A stretch of 64,000 nucleotides of DNA from the NCBI GenBank assembly GCA_002633005.1, contig NMRA01000401.1, positions 17,629 to 81,628 on the forward strand, given 5' to 3'. The translations under genes and the position numbers were made by a program. The notes beneath the pieces are model-generated. The model saw nothing but the letters and a program-made list of their open reading frames with translations, was not told where the DNA came from and searched no databases. Below are positions 25,401 through 37,480 of this stretch, in pieces (position 1 is the stretch's first letter; every line of letters begins with the position of its first letter). The stretch is from Phoronis australis (taxonomy: Eukaryota > Animalia > Phoronida).

Positions 25401-28400
25401 CGCTATCCTTATTCGCGAAATTCTTGCATCTACGGAGCTCGACCCAGGTAGAAATTAATCAACAGAATGATCGCATGTGAATCTGTGAATCAAATGTCCG
25501 GAGACTATCGGCTGTGTAACCAGCGCCAGTATCTCCAAAGAGTATAACTGATCCTATCAATGACATTGAGGAAGCAATATGGCTTAGTGGGACATTGTCC
25601 GCCTCCTTTACTCAAAGCCAACTGGGGCTCACTGCTAGATTCTTAAGTAAGGTTTCTAGCTCCTCGGCTTAGTTTGAACTGTGTATAGTAAAGCATTAGA
25701 ACGAGTCCAGGTGACCAGTGCAATAATCCTGCTACCTGAGCTGCCTGCGCACGTCTGATACAAGATGTGCAATTATTTTTTATCAATGAGATTGGTATAA
25801 ACGCTCCCGATCACGCTCATTCGAAATAATATTCATCATCTACCCGGCCGTGGGACGTAATAATGTACATACATGCAGTAATGTCAACGATAACGTCACA
25901 CGGAAACGGACGAACTGTATCAAACGAGCTTGTTCCCAATGCTTAAAGGTCACGTATTACACAAACCTTACATTTATAAACACAATTCCTAGCCTTGCGA
26001 CATTGTAGAGCTTTGAACAATATTTCTGTGTTGTCACTTACGAAGACTTTCCCGTTGCTGAGCATGCGTATCTCCGTTCCGTAGATGTAAATCGTTATAC
26101 TCTTGGCGCACGTGACCGGCGCTTGCGGTGTGCCTCTTCCACACATCCGGTTGCTCATTTCTATGTTAAAGCTTGGATTAACAGTGTCCGGACATGTCTT
26201 CACCAGTGTATAAGTGCAAAGCCCGTTGTCGACGAAACTCATTCCATCGATCTGCTTAATATGAGGGTCTCCGGTGACCAAGCAGTAGCCAGGACCTTTC
26301 TCTAAAAGAAGAATATTTGACATTGTTGAACAAGATAAACGCAAAGAGTTGATATGCTCATGCGCACACGGTACGTTTCTGGGGGTGCTTATCATGTAAA
26401 GTAAAAGGAGAAAACAAATTGACCACAAGAGGTCACTACAATAGTCAGAATTGTAAAAAATATCAAATCCAAAAGTTTTAAAATGACTGGTAATCAGATT
26501 TTCAGTAGCATACTGAAAATGTCACCAAGAGACATGTAGCATTAGACATCCAAAAGATGGCAGCTTAGTCGTCTTCTTAAAGAACGACCCTAGTCTGCCG
26601 GGTTTGGCAAATAATTGATAGGTGTCATCATTTTCATAATGAAACACAATTGTTAAATTTCATATCAAGCCGGTGAACCCCAGACACAGATAAGGCGTGC
26701 TGGAGTAGTCAAGTCGGCAGATGCTGTCATTCATGTAAGCCTATTCCCGCCTACTGGTGTTAAGTTTCGTGAAAGTCCCTCGTTAGCAATCTACCTATCA
26801 CACGGAAATGATTTCGACGAGGAAAAGCGTGTTCGAAAGTAAAACTGTTATTTATGGGTGCTAGGGAAGTCGAATCTGTCAAATAAACAATTGTTCCGAT
26901 GCACCTCTGTCATAGACTTCTGTTAAGTTCTCTAGGTATCTTTTGACAAAGACTCTCTTATCAAAAGTCACATCCGTCCGAAAACCCACTTGTATAGGCA
27001 AGTGTTTTACATTAAGTTTGTTTAAAACCTGGCGCTAAAACCAACGCACATTTCGGAATAACTTGTCGAACATTATATGGAGAATAAGGAGTGCTACGGT
27101 GGTCAAATCTGTCTGAAAACCAAACTTATTGTTCAAGGTGTATTTCCGCCAAAATACCCCAGATGCCGTGTGAAAAGTTTCACCAAGACCTCAGGTCTAT
27201 CGGTATTCTTTATATCATCCTAAAACCCGCAGTTGACAAACGCAAGGACTTGTGAAAAACTAAAGTGGCCACTAGGGGGTGCTAAAGTGGTCGAATCCAT
27301 CAAAAAATCAACTGGTGCTGGTAAATCTCAATGACATATCTCTGTGCCAATGTTCACCAACGTTCTTCAACTGGTTCTACAAATTTCATCAGGAAACGCC
27401 TTTGGCAAGGAACATGCTGATGGAATTAAAACAGTCTCATAAAACATGCGGAAGTCAACCTTTTTGTGTTCTTAAAAGCTTTCAGTATTGGAATAGTGGG
27501 TAAGTGTGCAAAGATAAGTAAATGAAAACGAAAAATTTCCAGCACATTTTGAGACCGTTAATGGTTACAAAATGCGCTTGGTTTATGATGAATGGAGGTC
27601 TAAGAGATACAATCTCTTGTTGTTCGGTATCAACGACCCCACTCGTGACACAACCAGTGAGAATGTAAAGCAGGTAGTCAAAGGCTTCATAGAAGAAAAA
27701 CATCTACTTCATCACAGTTATGTGAACTCGCTCGTGTTTTCCAACTGTCACAGGTTGTCGAAACCTCTACAGTCCAGAAAACCAAACGCTTCTAGAGCAA
27801 TTATTCTTAAATTTGTGATGCTGAGTGACCGAAACAATATTCTAGCTGCAGGGTCAAAGCTAGTTGAGAGAGAAGGTCTTGCTGTCCGTACCGACATGCC
27901 GCCACTGTTAAAGCAGAAGAGAGGAGAACTGACACACAACATCGCTAATGATTTGAGAAAGCAGCAGATGTTCACTCGCATCAAGGAAGCTCCTGATATG
28001 ATTTGGTTGGAGGTGCGGAAAAACAAAAAGAACCATGGTGCAAATTTGCAGCGTAACTATATCCCAGTACTTTGTGTCTAGTGACTATATAAGTATCCTC
28101 ATTGGCCAATGTTAATTATTAATACCAGCGCCTTATTGTTTTTTCTTTGTTTTCTGTTTTTGTTATTTCAGTAGCAGGGAATTGATTATGGCAAGTCTCG
28201 ACAGACTTTATTGTCTGTTATTTATAGTGCCACTGCGCTGGTGGGGCTCTGACCTACCCTTGGTATATATTTTTTGTATTAAACTCAAAACTCATACAAT
28301 ACTGTGCTCTGTTACTTCTATTTGTCTGTTTTCTCCGGCTGGATGTACAACAATTCTATCTCACACTCGTGAACCAGGATGTTAAGGAAGGTTTTTGGGT

Positions 28401-31400
28401 TTGTGTTTTTAGGTGTTTGTTTGTGTAACTATGTAACATTGACCTATATTTGGGAAAGGAGGTAATGTCTTTATAAGACCTGTTTATCACGTAGCTCGGA
28501 AGTCATATCGGATATTTTGTTTACAGGTCTGTGAGTCAATTTATCCTTGTTATTTCATTGACATCTATCTAATATTTAAAAGACGATTAACATTATGTCT
28601 TTAAACTGCAAAGGTTTACGTAATTTTCAAAAACGCATGGATGTTTTTAATTATCTAAAGGTAAAAAATATAATTTTCATTAGATATAATTTTTATTGTC
28701 TCCAAGGCACACATTTCACAGAATCAGACCATGATATGATTAGAGCCCAGTGGGGCTTTGACATCTTTGTGTTTCCGTATAGAAGAGATGTACGGGGTGT
28801 GACTATCCTAATTAATAATAATTTTGATTATGAAACTACAAATAATTATAATGAAGAAAAAGGGAATCTTTTAATTATTGAAAAAGTATTGGAAAAAACT
28901 ATCACAGTTACCCTAGCCTACGGTCCTAACCAAGATTCTCCACTTTTTATGAAAACATAGCAGATCGCATATCTCTGTTCAACCCCGAATTTGTTGTTAT
29001 GTGCGGAGATTGGAATTTGGTCCAAGATTATGATCGGGACTGTTTTGATTATATCAATCAGAACAATCCTCAGGCTAGAAAAGCAGTTCTAAATTTAAAG
29101 CAAACATTTAATTTGGTTGATCCTTGGAGAGGCCGTACCTCTTTTACATGGAGTAGGAAAAACCCAGTTAAGAAATCACGCCTTGACTTTTTTTCTAATT
29201 TCCGACGAGTTATTATCTTTGTTAAACGCGTTAGAAATAAACTCAGGCTACAGAAATGATCATTCAGCCATTCGGTTGGAGATAAAATTGCAATCTGTCG
29301 AACGTGGCAGAGGCTTATGGAAATTTAATAATTCTCTACTCCGGGATAAAAAGTATGTGGACCAAGTAAAAAATATTATTCAAGGCACCAAAAGTGAATA
29401 TGCTTCTGTCACTGACGAAGCTTTACTGTTTAATATGCTTCTGCTAAACATTAGATCTTCCACTTTGACATATAGTGCTTTCAAAAATAACGAAAAGAAA
29501 AACAGAAAATTGCATTTAGAAAGATTAATAAATACTGTCCACCAGTTCGTTCAGAATACCGATTCTCAATTTTGCAGTGGTTGGCTAGAAATTCTTCAGG
29601 CCGGCTACGAAGAAATTAGAAAGGGATACATCGATGGTTTAATATTGAGATCTCGTGCTCAGTGGATAAAAATGGTGAAAAACCAACAAGATATTTTAGT
29701 AATTTAGAAAAACCGAATTTTGTTAATAAAAACATCTCAAGCTTAATAGATGACAATGGTACATTGATATGTAGTAAAAGGGAATTCCGCAGGAAATAAA
29801 AAAAAATTACTCCAATCTTTATGCCTCAAAGGATGAACACTTTTCTCAATATGATTTAGATGCAATTTTAGAAAACACTGACTCACCAAAATTGAAAGAT
29901 ACTATAAGAGATTCATTGGAAGGAAATATTACCTATGTTGAAATTCTATTTGCTCTCACAAAATGAAAATAACAAGATCCCAGGTCCCGATGGTTTTACA
30001 GTGGTATTTTACGAATTTTTTTGGTCTGATTTGAGCGATGATTTAGTTGGAGCTTTTAATTGTATGTTTTTACAGAATTTGTTACCCTCCGCTGTAAAAC
30101 AAGGTGTTATCCAAATTAACCCAAAAACTAACAAACCTAGGGAACTTTTCAAAAACTGGAGGCCAATTTCATTGCTCAATATGAATTAAATTAATTTCAG
30201 CTTGTATTGCTGAACGTGTTAAGTCTATCTTAAACTGTTTGATCCACGAAAACCACAAAGGTTTTAATGCTGGTAGATTCATTGGTGAAAATATTGGATT
30301 AATCTATGATCTTATCTGTGCACCTGACCAATTGAATATTCCTGGATTACTGGTCTTGGTGGATTTTGAAAAGGCGTTCGACTCAGTTTCTTGGGTATTT
30401 CTACAAAAAAAAACTTTTTTAATTTTGGTCTTTAACATCAAAAAGTGGCTTAATGAGGGCGCTATGGCTTGTGTAATTCAATATGGAAAAACCTCTCAAC
30501 TTTTTGGGTTTGAGGTTGCAATCAAGGAGACCCTTTATCTCCCTATCTTTTTCTACTATGTGCTAAGATTATGGGAAATCTCTTTAGAAAAAACAAAAAT
30601 ATAAAAGCTATCCAAATTGGATCTAAAGAATTTAAACTAGTCTAATACGCAGATTACACTGCTATCATCCTTGATGGTTCCGAAAGATCATTAAAAAAAC
30701 TTTCTTGATCTATTTGACCAGTTCTCGAAGTATACAGGTCTAACTCCGAATTTAGAAAAAAACAACTGCCGATAGGTTCTATGAGGCAAAGCAATTCAAG
30801 GGTTTATTCTGAAAAGGATTTAAAATGGTCTAGCTTACAGTTTACTGTGCTCGGGATTGTTTTTTCTACCGACATCCAGGAAATGAGTAATTTAAATTTT
30901 GATCGCAAATGGGTTGATGTTAAAACGGAAATTGTAAGATGGTCAAAAAGAAACTTAATTACTCTTGCTAAAGTTATTGTGGTAAAATCATTTCTTCTCC
31001 CAAAACAGATCCATGTTTTGTCACGTTTGCCAATCTCCAACGATCTGTTCTGTAAAGATTTAGAAAAACTGTTACATTTGGGGAGGAAAGTGTGACAGAA
31101 TGGGGCGCAAAATCATGATTCAACATGATGGTTGTAAAACGATAGATGTTTATTTTTGTAAAGGTAATTAAGATAACATGGATGCGTAGGATTTCAAAGT
31201 CCACATATTCTACAACATGGTTAAGTCTCCTCTTAAACATTGATTTAGTATCATTGGATTGTCTAACATTTGGGAACTATTTCTACAAACGTGCCGCTTC
31301 TCAAACTGCGAACGTTTTTTGGAAGGAACTATTTAACCTTCTGTATGATTTTCTGATGTAATAGATCAGGTGGAAATACCATATCAACCAGTTTAGTAAA

Positions 31401-34400
31401 CCACTAATATTATGATTGCTGAAGAAAACTGTGTTTTGGAGAAGATGGTTTGAAAATGGTGTTTACTCAGACCTACTAGACGAGCATGGATACTTGTTAT
31501 CTTTTGATGATTTTTGCAAAAAGTTCAATTTTAGACCAAAGTTTTTGAATTTTTATGAGCTCAGAGAGGCTGTTTGTCAAGAATGGAATATCTCAAAAAG
31601 AGACAAATTTTCCTTCTAAGCACCCTTTATCACAATTTTTGTGAAATAATTACTTGCAGACGAAAAGGGCACGAAACATATATACAACACCTTTGTGCTA
31701 CACAAATATTCTAGACCTAGGCCCAAGATGAGGTGGCAGGCAGAACTTGCTATACAGGACACAACTGAATGGTGGAAAAATTCCTACCTTGTGAACTTTA
31801 CACTTCATGGGAACTTTCGATGGTTTCAATTTAGACTGTCATATAGGATAATCAGCTGTAACTCTTATCTTGTTAAATTAGGGTTAGTAACTCCCCCTTG
31901 TGTACGTTTTGTAAGATTGAACCCGAGACTTTGCTTCACTTGTGCTGGCAACGTGATGTGGTTCAAAGTTTTTAGAACAATGTTGACGATTGGGTCAGAA
32001 AAAACACAATATTTCCCTGGGTGCAAATGTACTTACAGTTTTCTTTGGAAACAAATGTAGAAGCCAGCCAATTTAAAATTTAATCTTGTGTCTTTGCAAG
32101 TTCCATTTAAACAAGGAACGTCTCAATAGTAATCCTCCAAATTCAATTATATTAACAAAAGAAATTGAAAAATACATCTATTCAAAAAACTTAGAAATAT
32201 AAATGTTTACAAATAGATGGTAACAAATGCATAATCTAATAGCAACGTAAGGATATTTCATCACTCCAAAATACTCTTTCCCTTTTTCAGAGGCATATAC
32301 GTGTGCACTGTCTCAGTTGTATATTTTATATAGGTATTTCTAAAATCCAGTTCAAGTATACTTTCAGCTTGAATTGTAAAGTAAGACAAGGGAATGCCAG
32401 ACACTTGTCCTTGCTTATGTTGAACTGGGAGAGTAAAAACGTTTGAAAAAAAAAGATTTTCTGTCTTGAAATACCTGATGAAACTCCGCTAGATTAGATT
32501 TTTGGTCTTGTAGAGAATTCCACAGACAAATTTTCTACTTGCTTCTAATAATTCCATGTCATGATCGGAGTTTTGTCTTTCCACTTTCTCAGCCCTTAAT
32601 ATGCTATAATTTTGTTCTTACGCTCTCGTTCGTCTTCACTTACTTGGGCAGATTCTCCGCATAACTTGTATTTGCAGCGCGAGCTTGTCCAGGTCTGTTG
32701 CTTGAACCTTCTTCCGGTACCGGTGGAGCGGTTTGGACGCTATGAAGGCCAGCAGATATTTTGCAGCTTTTCCAAAGCCTAAGGCGAATGTCACTATACC
32801 GTGAATGTGGTTGTTCCTGCCTTCTACTTTCATGGAGTGAACGTCGTAAGGAAATCCTGAAAAATACAAAGGGAAGCCAGACCGCTTGACTCGACTTCAC
32901 CAACGTCATTCCATGAAAAGGACAACACGGACACGGGAGATGTAGAATTTTATGTTTTTAGCATTAGTGAACTACAAAGTCTGTTTCAACAGGTGATGCG
33001 TGACTTAGTATTTGCCCATGGAAATATACAATTCGAAAAAACGTGACCAGAAATGGCGCCACTTTCCGGTTAGGGGGCACATGACATTTGCCGGAAGTAA
33101 AACGGCGACTTACATTAGGCGCCGCTGGTAAATACAGTATTCTCCGCCAATAGAGTTAGTCGTACCTCGTGCATATGATCACAGATTTTGTCCATTGAGA
33201 ACATACAAAGTTTGCGGTCCGTGTTCTATAGTCTGTGGTACGTGTAAGAATTCCATACGCGAAGTCGCTTTCGAGGCAGGTTCATTGGCTACAACCCATT
33301 TCATCAAGCTGTAAACATTAGCTCGTGGGACGTACTGAGAACTACCTTTGGGTGACAGCGACCTTAGGTAAGTGTGTATAACAAACCCCAGCATTTCAGC
33401 GGGTATGTTGAAAAAACGATGAAAACAGCGATCAAAATAGCGATTAAAATGACCGTGTAACGTGGAGAAAAGAGAGAGATATTACTATGAAAATTGAAAA
33501 TTCATATATTGTGACAAAGAGAAGCGTATCGGCAAATTTAAAGTTCCCTACCGTCCGTCATGACAACGAGAATAGTAGGTACCCGTTTCCTTGCTTGTTC
33601 AATGATCATTTCTCGTACTTTCTTCAGGGCTGGTCCCATGTTAGTCCTGGACCCACCCGTGAATACCAAGTCCTTAATAGTCTTCAAAACCTTCTCCTTA
33701 TCCCCAGTGAGGTCAAGTTCCCTCTTGAAACCTTCTGCGAACGATGCAATAGCAACGCGTCCGCGACGGCGTTTGATGCATAGCCTTTTGACAATTTCAG
33801 CCGTGAACTTTCGCATTCTTTCAAACTCGTTGTCACCGAGACTACCCGACATATCCAAAAGAAAAAAGATGTCTGCTTTTTTCCTGCATCTACATCCTGA
33901 AAAGTAAACGGGTTTAAATTTGATATACGCCCGTCAAAAACAAATTTGATTAATTAGACAACTGGTTTCAACTTGGTCTTCACTCAGACCATAAATGGTT
34001 TTGGGCATCAACAGATAGGCGGGTATATTCATTAGGCAAATCTGATCTTGAAAAACTGTCAATTCGTCATTGACATGAGACCATGCTTGACCCACCATGA
34101 TACGACTTGTAGACACTAGAGGTCGAGCAATAACGAGCGGCCATTTCTCCCCAACCCCCAAATCACCAAGTTCAGTTAGGAACAAGGTTAGACAGTGACC
34201 ACCGTCTCCAGCTGGCCTCAGTAGAGGCGGTGGAGCTTCATTCGCTGGACGCGTGTCTGTAATTACTTCAACTCGAACAAACACTTCTATAATCAAACTT
34301 TTTCTTCGAGCAGTCCTTCGTTCAGTTGCCCAACTCGGTAACTGGTCATTTTTATCACTGCACGCGCTCCTGGCGAGCGCGGTAAAATTAGTTCCTTCGT

Positions 34401-35034
34401 CGTCTCTACTGGCGCGAGCTAGAGAAGGTGGCCACTGTCTACAACAAGGTTTGACTAATTTCATACAAAGAGATCTGTAAATCAAAATTTAGTTTCCGTA
34501 CTTTGTTTCAATTTTCCAATGAAACCAAAGCTGCATTATATTGAATATGACAAGATTTGGGGATCCAACTGCCAAAATGGTGTTCTGTATACTGTTGCCA
34601 TTGCGAGATTTCGTAAAATATTTCAACGCTTTAAACACGAGTTAGAGTGGATTTCTTAGCGGGAGGTTTCATCTTTCTCTTTTTAAATTAGTCAGACCGG
34701 GTTGTTGAACCTGGGACATGCTTCTAACAGCAACAAACTTTCGTTGAAAATTACACGCAAAATTGTCGGGTTTCATGATCCATTGCCTTTTTATGAGCTA
34801 TTCATAAATTCACTAGACATTTTTATTGATCATTTTGAGATCCTGATATGTCCGAAAAATAGTTTTCCATTTTTTGGATTGGCAAACCAAGTTTTTTAAC
34901 GTCTTCAACATTTCAGTTGTTTCCTAATATTGTTAACGTTACAATGGAAGATTACCTGTTCCAGCGGTGGCTGGACAAGACAAAAACACTATTGCCAACA
35001 GAACCGGAAGCAGGAGCACTCGAGGAGGCAGCAT
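16264..35034 (-). CDS. Secreted VWA-VWD-C8-TIL-TILa protein (FCGBP/zonadhesin/BMPER-like modules), 620 aa
   Basis: Ten phase-consistent GT-AG exons: 35034-34956, 33896-33552, 32856-32644, 26301-26042, 25168-24959, 24524-24394, 23037-22946, 22112-21930, 19830-19628, 16410-16264; total 1863 nt with no internal stop. Signal peptide MLPPRVLLLPVLLAIVFLSCPATAG; DIFFLLDMSGS...T...VMTDG; CLVTGDPH; VCGLCGNYN; DDCVYDVC; CPATC. Minus-strand AATAAA at 16216-16221. Confidence 0.92.
16565..17407 (+). mobile_element. MULE-like MITE, copy 1 (with nested MITE)
   Basis: Collinear with 39569-40141; similar TIRs. Confidence 0.8.
16873..17030 (-). mobile_element. CAGGGGCGGATCC-type MITE nested in the MULE-like MITE
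   Basis: TIRs CAGTGGCGGATT...AATCCGCCCCTA; 5-bp TSD GTATT; absent from copy 2 of the host element. Confidence 0.8.
18040..19180 (-). mobile_element. Decayed 5' portion of an RTE-clade LINE (5' UTR plus endonuclease)
   Basis: Minus-strand fragments ASWNVRT, ALQETRL, EFYEL...GIP, HPRSRNWHQLD typical of RTE endonucleases. Confidence 0.75.
19628..19830 (-). CDS. TIL domain exon
   Basis: CGANAKY...SCPATC...EGCQCK...CIHKDQCGC. Confidence 0.92.
21036..21374 (+). mobile_element. PIF/Harbinger-like MITE
   Basis: GGGGCCCGTT...AATGGGCCCC TIRs; second copy at 37232-37480. Confidence 0.75.
21930..22112 (-). CDS. C8 domain exon 2
   Basis: FGQC...FDDCVYDVC...C...FANIC...WREELDC. Confidence 0.92.
22946..23037 (-). 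CDS. C8 domain exon 1
   Basis: CVSPGLTPMNC...LCAPLKDRNG; phase 2-1 fits its neighbours. Confidence 0.85.
24394..24524 (-). CDS. VWD-C8 linker exon
   Basis: DDAILRNG...RTKRNR...ESWLV; CAG acceptor and GTGAGT donor. Confidence 0.85.
24649..24801 (+). mobile_element. CAGGGGCGGATCC-type MITE
   Basis: CAGGGGCGGATCCAGG...ATCCGCCACTG termini. Confidence 0.75.
24959..25168 (-). CDS. VWD domain exon 2
   Basis: VNGKLVVLP...TDFGLRVQY...VCGLCGNYN. Confidence 0.93.
26042..26301 (-). CDS. VWD domain exon 1 (GDPH)
   Basis: CLVTGDPHIKQIDG...CTYTLVKTC. Confidence 0.93.
27120..32454 (+). mobile_element. Decayed near-full-length L1/Tx1-type non-LTR retrotransposon in an intron of the VWA-VWD gene
   Basis: ORF1 remnant 27572-28081 (RYNLLLFGI...CHRL...RAIILKF). 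Frameshifted ORF2: endonuclease (SLNCKGL, YGPN, CGDWN, SRLDFF, NDHS), RT (PGPDG, WRPISLLN, DFEKAFDSV, decayed YADD near 30645), Cys-rich C-terminus. A9 tail at 32446-32454. The 5' boundary is approximate. Confidence 0.92.
32644..32856 (-). CDS. VWA domain exon 2
   Basis: GIVTFALGFG...LAFIASKP...C; phase 1-1. Confidence 0.9.
33552..33896 (-). CDS. VWA domain exon 1
   Basis: ADIFFLLDMSGS MIDAS motif, RVAIASF, ILVVMTDG. Confidence 0.92.
34189..34441. mobile_element. TAGACAGTG foldback/MULE-like MITE
   Basis: TAGACAGTG...CACTGTCTA termini; 9-bp flanks GAACAAGGT/CAACAAGGT. Confidence 0.75.
34956..35034 (-). CDS. Signal-peptide exon of the VWA-VWD protein
   Basis: ATG at 35034, hydrophobic core, ATA-G cleavage-like site, GTAAT donor; acceptor at 35053. 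Confidence 0.85.
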
Positions 35035-36689
35035 ACTGAGTTATGAGGAGACCTGGAAAAGAATGAGGTGGCACGTGCGAGCATGCGTCATAATGTCATT
35101 TGCATGTGGGATTTTATATACAGGGCAACAACTACTGATTTAGGCAATAGTAATGCATTTATATTGCACACTGCGGTGTGTTTCGTGAAAAGTAACTTTA
35201 GACTTCGTCAGTTAGCCTTGCGCACCTTGTTTTCGAAAAAAAAAATCAGTTTAGTAAAAGCACAAAGGCTCTAAGAATATATCCATAATTGCAAGTTACA
35301 GAGATCAACAGTATAAAGCAGTAGTTCTAGATTGTGATATATTAATAATACATGGTTTAAGCCTTGTTCAGTAATTGTGAATGGAGGCTTATGGCCAAAT
35401 TCTCACTAAAGTCTCAAGCCACTTCTGATCACTGGAAACTGTTTTATGAAGGTGCTGCAGAGTTAGAACAGAAACTTGGTCTGAGCCGCCCACTTCGCAA
35501 TTGTCGAAAAACGGGTTGGCTATTATGAGCGCGACACAGTCCTGAAATAATTTACAGGAAAAAAATCTCAGTGACTAGCAGTTGGAGACTGCGTTTTTGC
35601 TCAAGGAAGATTGAATTATTTTTCGAAAATAGTTGCGTGGAGCGTTAGACCAAGTTTCCAACTCAAGACTTAAGTCAGTTTTCATGAGGAGTCTCCGGGA
35701 TGACCTGCATGACGTAACTAGGATGACATGCATGACGTAACCAGGAAAACTAGTGACGTTCACTGACGTAAACTGCAAACATTCCCTAGCAGGTGGGTGT
35801 AATTCAAAAGGCTAGAACTAAAAACCTGATTCTGTAAAGGTAAAGTGAAATCTTCTCAGCGAAATATCTAGAAAATATAAAATTCAACTCAGTGAAATTA
35901 TATATTTTTTGAATATGGAAAGTCTGCACAATGATATCCTTGGGCTTTATAAGCCGTTATCTGCCTCAAGTGACGATGTCGTTTTAGAAAAATTAAACCC
36001 AAAGGTACATTATTCATAGCAAAACCATGGCATCGATGAAACATCAAACCGCTGTTAATTTTCTTTTTCTAAATTATGAATTCGATTTTTAACGAAAATC
36101 ATACAAGTCATACATTTGAGAGCTCTCCGTGCAAAATTGGAACATTTCAGAAACAATTTGTAACAGTGCTCTGAAGAAAAGTGCATATATCCGGAAGTTT
36201 CACTTGGATCCAATGAGTCATTTCTGAGATAGGGTGTTCCCAAATAAGTCAAATTTAAGGAGATGTTCATTAAACAAATTTTGGTATTTTTTCTAGAGGC
36301 CCACGTAACATTAAACATAATGCTTTGACTCAACCCTAACTCCGGCTACGTGATCATGAAGTGATATAAACAGCGAGAACCTTACCTTGTGAAAAAGCGT
36401 GACAAAACTTCGATCTGCAATGAAGTTTTTCGTCAATCACATTAAATACATATCCGAACATCAAAGCGCCGAGATAGGCGCCACCTGGACTTGGTAATCT
36501 ATTTCAAACAGTTTGACGGAGAAGTTGAGATGAAACGACTGCGTTCGATAACAATTAATCGTATTTCACGCAGGTATAAAGGGAGTGTTCCAGCTCAGGC
36601 GTTCAACATTTGACAGAAATCACGTTCTTCAATAATCATGAAAACTTCCGAGACAAACAGAAAGTAAACAAACTTGACGGAAATAACAT

Positions 36690-36905
36690 CTTAGTCTTTT
36701 AAATGACTTATTGTTATTAAAATGACCTAAACAAAAATTCTTTTTCGAGACTCAGGAGTGGTATCCCCTATGTTAATACGGAGGGGGGCACGCTCCGGCC
36801 CGACCATCGCCAAGAGCAGGCCCCTTACAGGGGACTCCACTTTGAGGCTCGAGAACGGATTTCTTGCCTTTTTGATTTTAATTAGAATAAGTCATTCAAG
36901 ATGAT
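36690..36905. repeat. Palindromic MITE-like inverted repeat
   Basis: AATGACTTATTGTTATTAAAAT / ATTTTAATTAGAATAAGTCATT arms plus inner arms. Confidence 0.6.
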
Positions 36906-37231
36906 AAGCTGTTAAATTCATTCTGTGTGTTTGCTACAGTTGAATACATACTCCAAACGAGAAATGTATCGATTTGCAATGGTATTCATACAATCATGTT
37001 TCCATTAAAGTGACATTTCGGAGACAATAAAGCATAATAAAATGCACAAAGCTGAGCAGAATTGCCTGAACTTACATTACTTACTGTTTTAGGAACATCG
37101 CATCGAAGGTACGTCGATTTCCTTACATTTTTCTCTTGGTTTTATTTTGTAAGATTCTGGGAGGCCATTGGATCTCCACTTCCCCGCTGTTGAGCCATGT
37201 GACGTCAGAATACCGCTTTTCTTAGAGTCCA

Positions 37232-37480
37232 GGGGCCCGTTCCAACAAAACAGACTTAGCTAAGACAAATCTTAAAATTTTAGTAAATTTTAAAATACAA
37301 GTTAAATTTGTCTCAAAACCAATTCAAGAAAGAGATCTAAAGTTCGGCTTAAGTGTGTGACATAATTTTTGTCTTAATTTTGACTAACTTACCGAATGTG
37401 GAAGTTTCAAAGTTTGGAATTCAAGACAAATCTTAAACTTAAGCAAAATGAACTTAAGTCAGTTTCTTGGAACAGGCCCC
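37232..37480 (+). mobile_element. PIF/Harbinger-like MITE
   Basis: Collinear with 21036-21374; GGGGCCCGTTCC...GGAACAGGCCCC. Confidence 0.75.

Noticed and set aside
32475-32575. CTGATGA followed by a stem after the LINE tail
   Set aside because: No GAAA follows the stem, so it is not a hammerhead.
35165-35212. Minus-strand CUGACGA...GAAA with a 5-bp helix III
   Set aside because: Position 16.1 is C rather than U and helix II does not pair.
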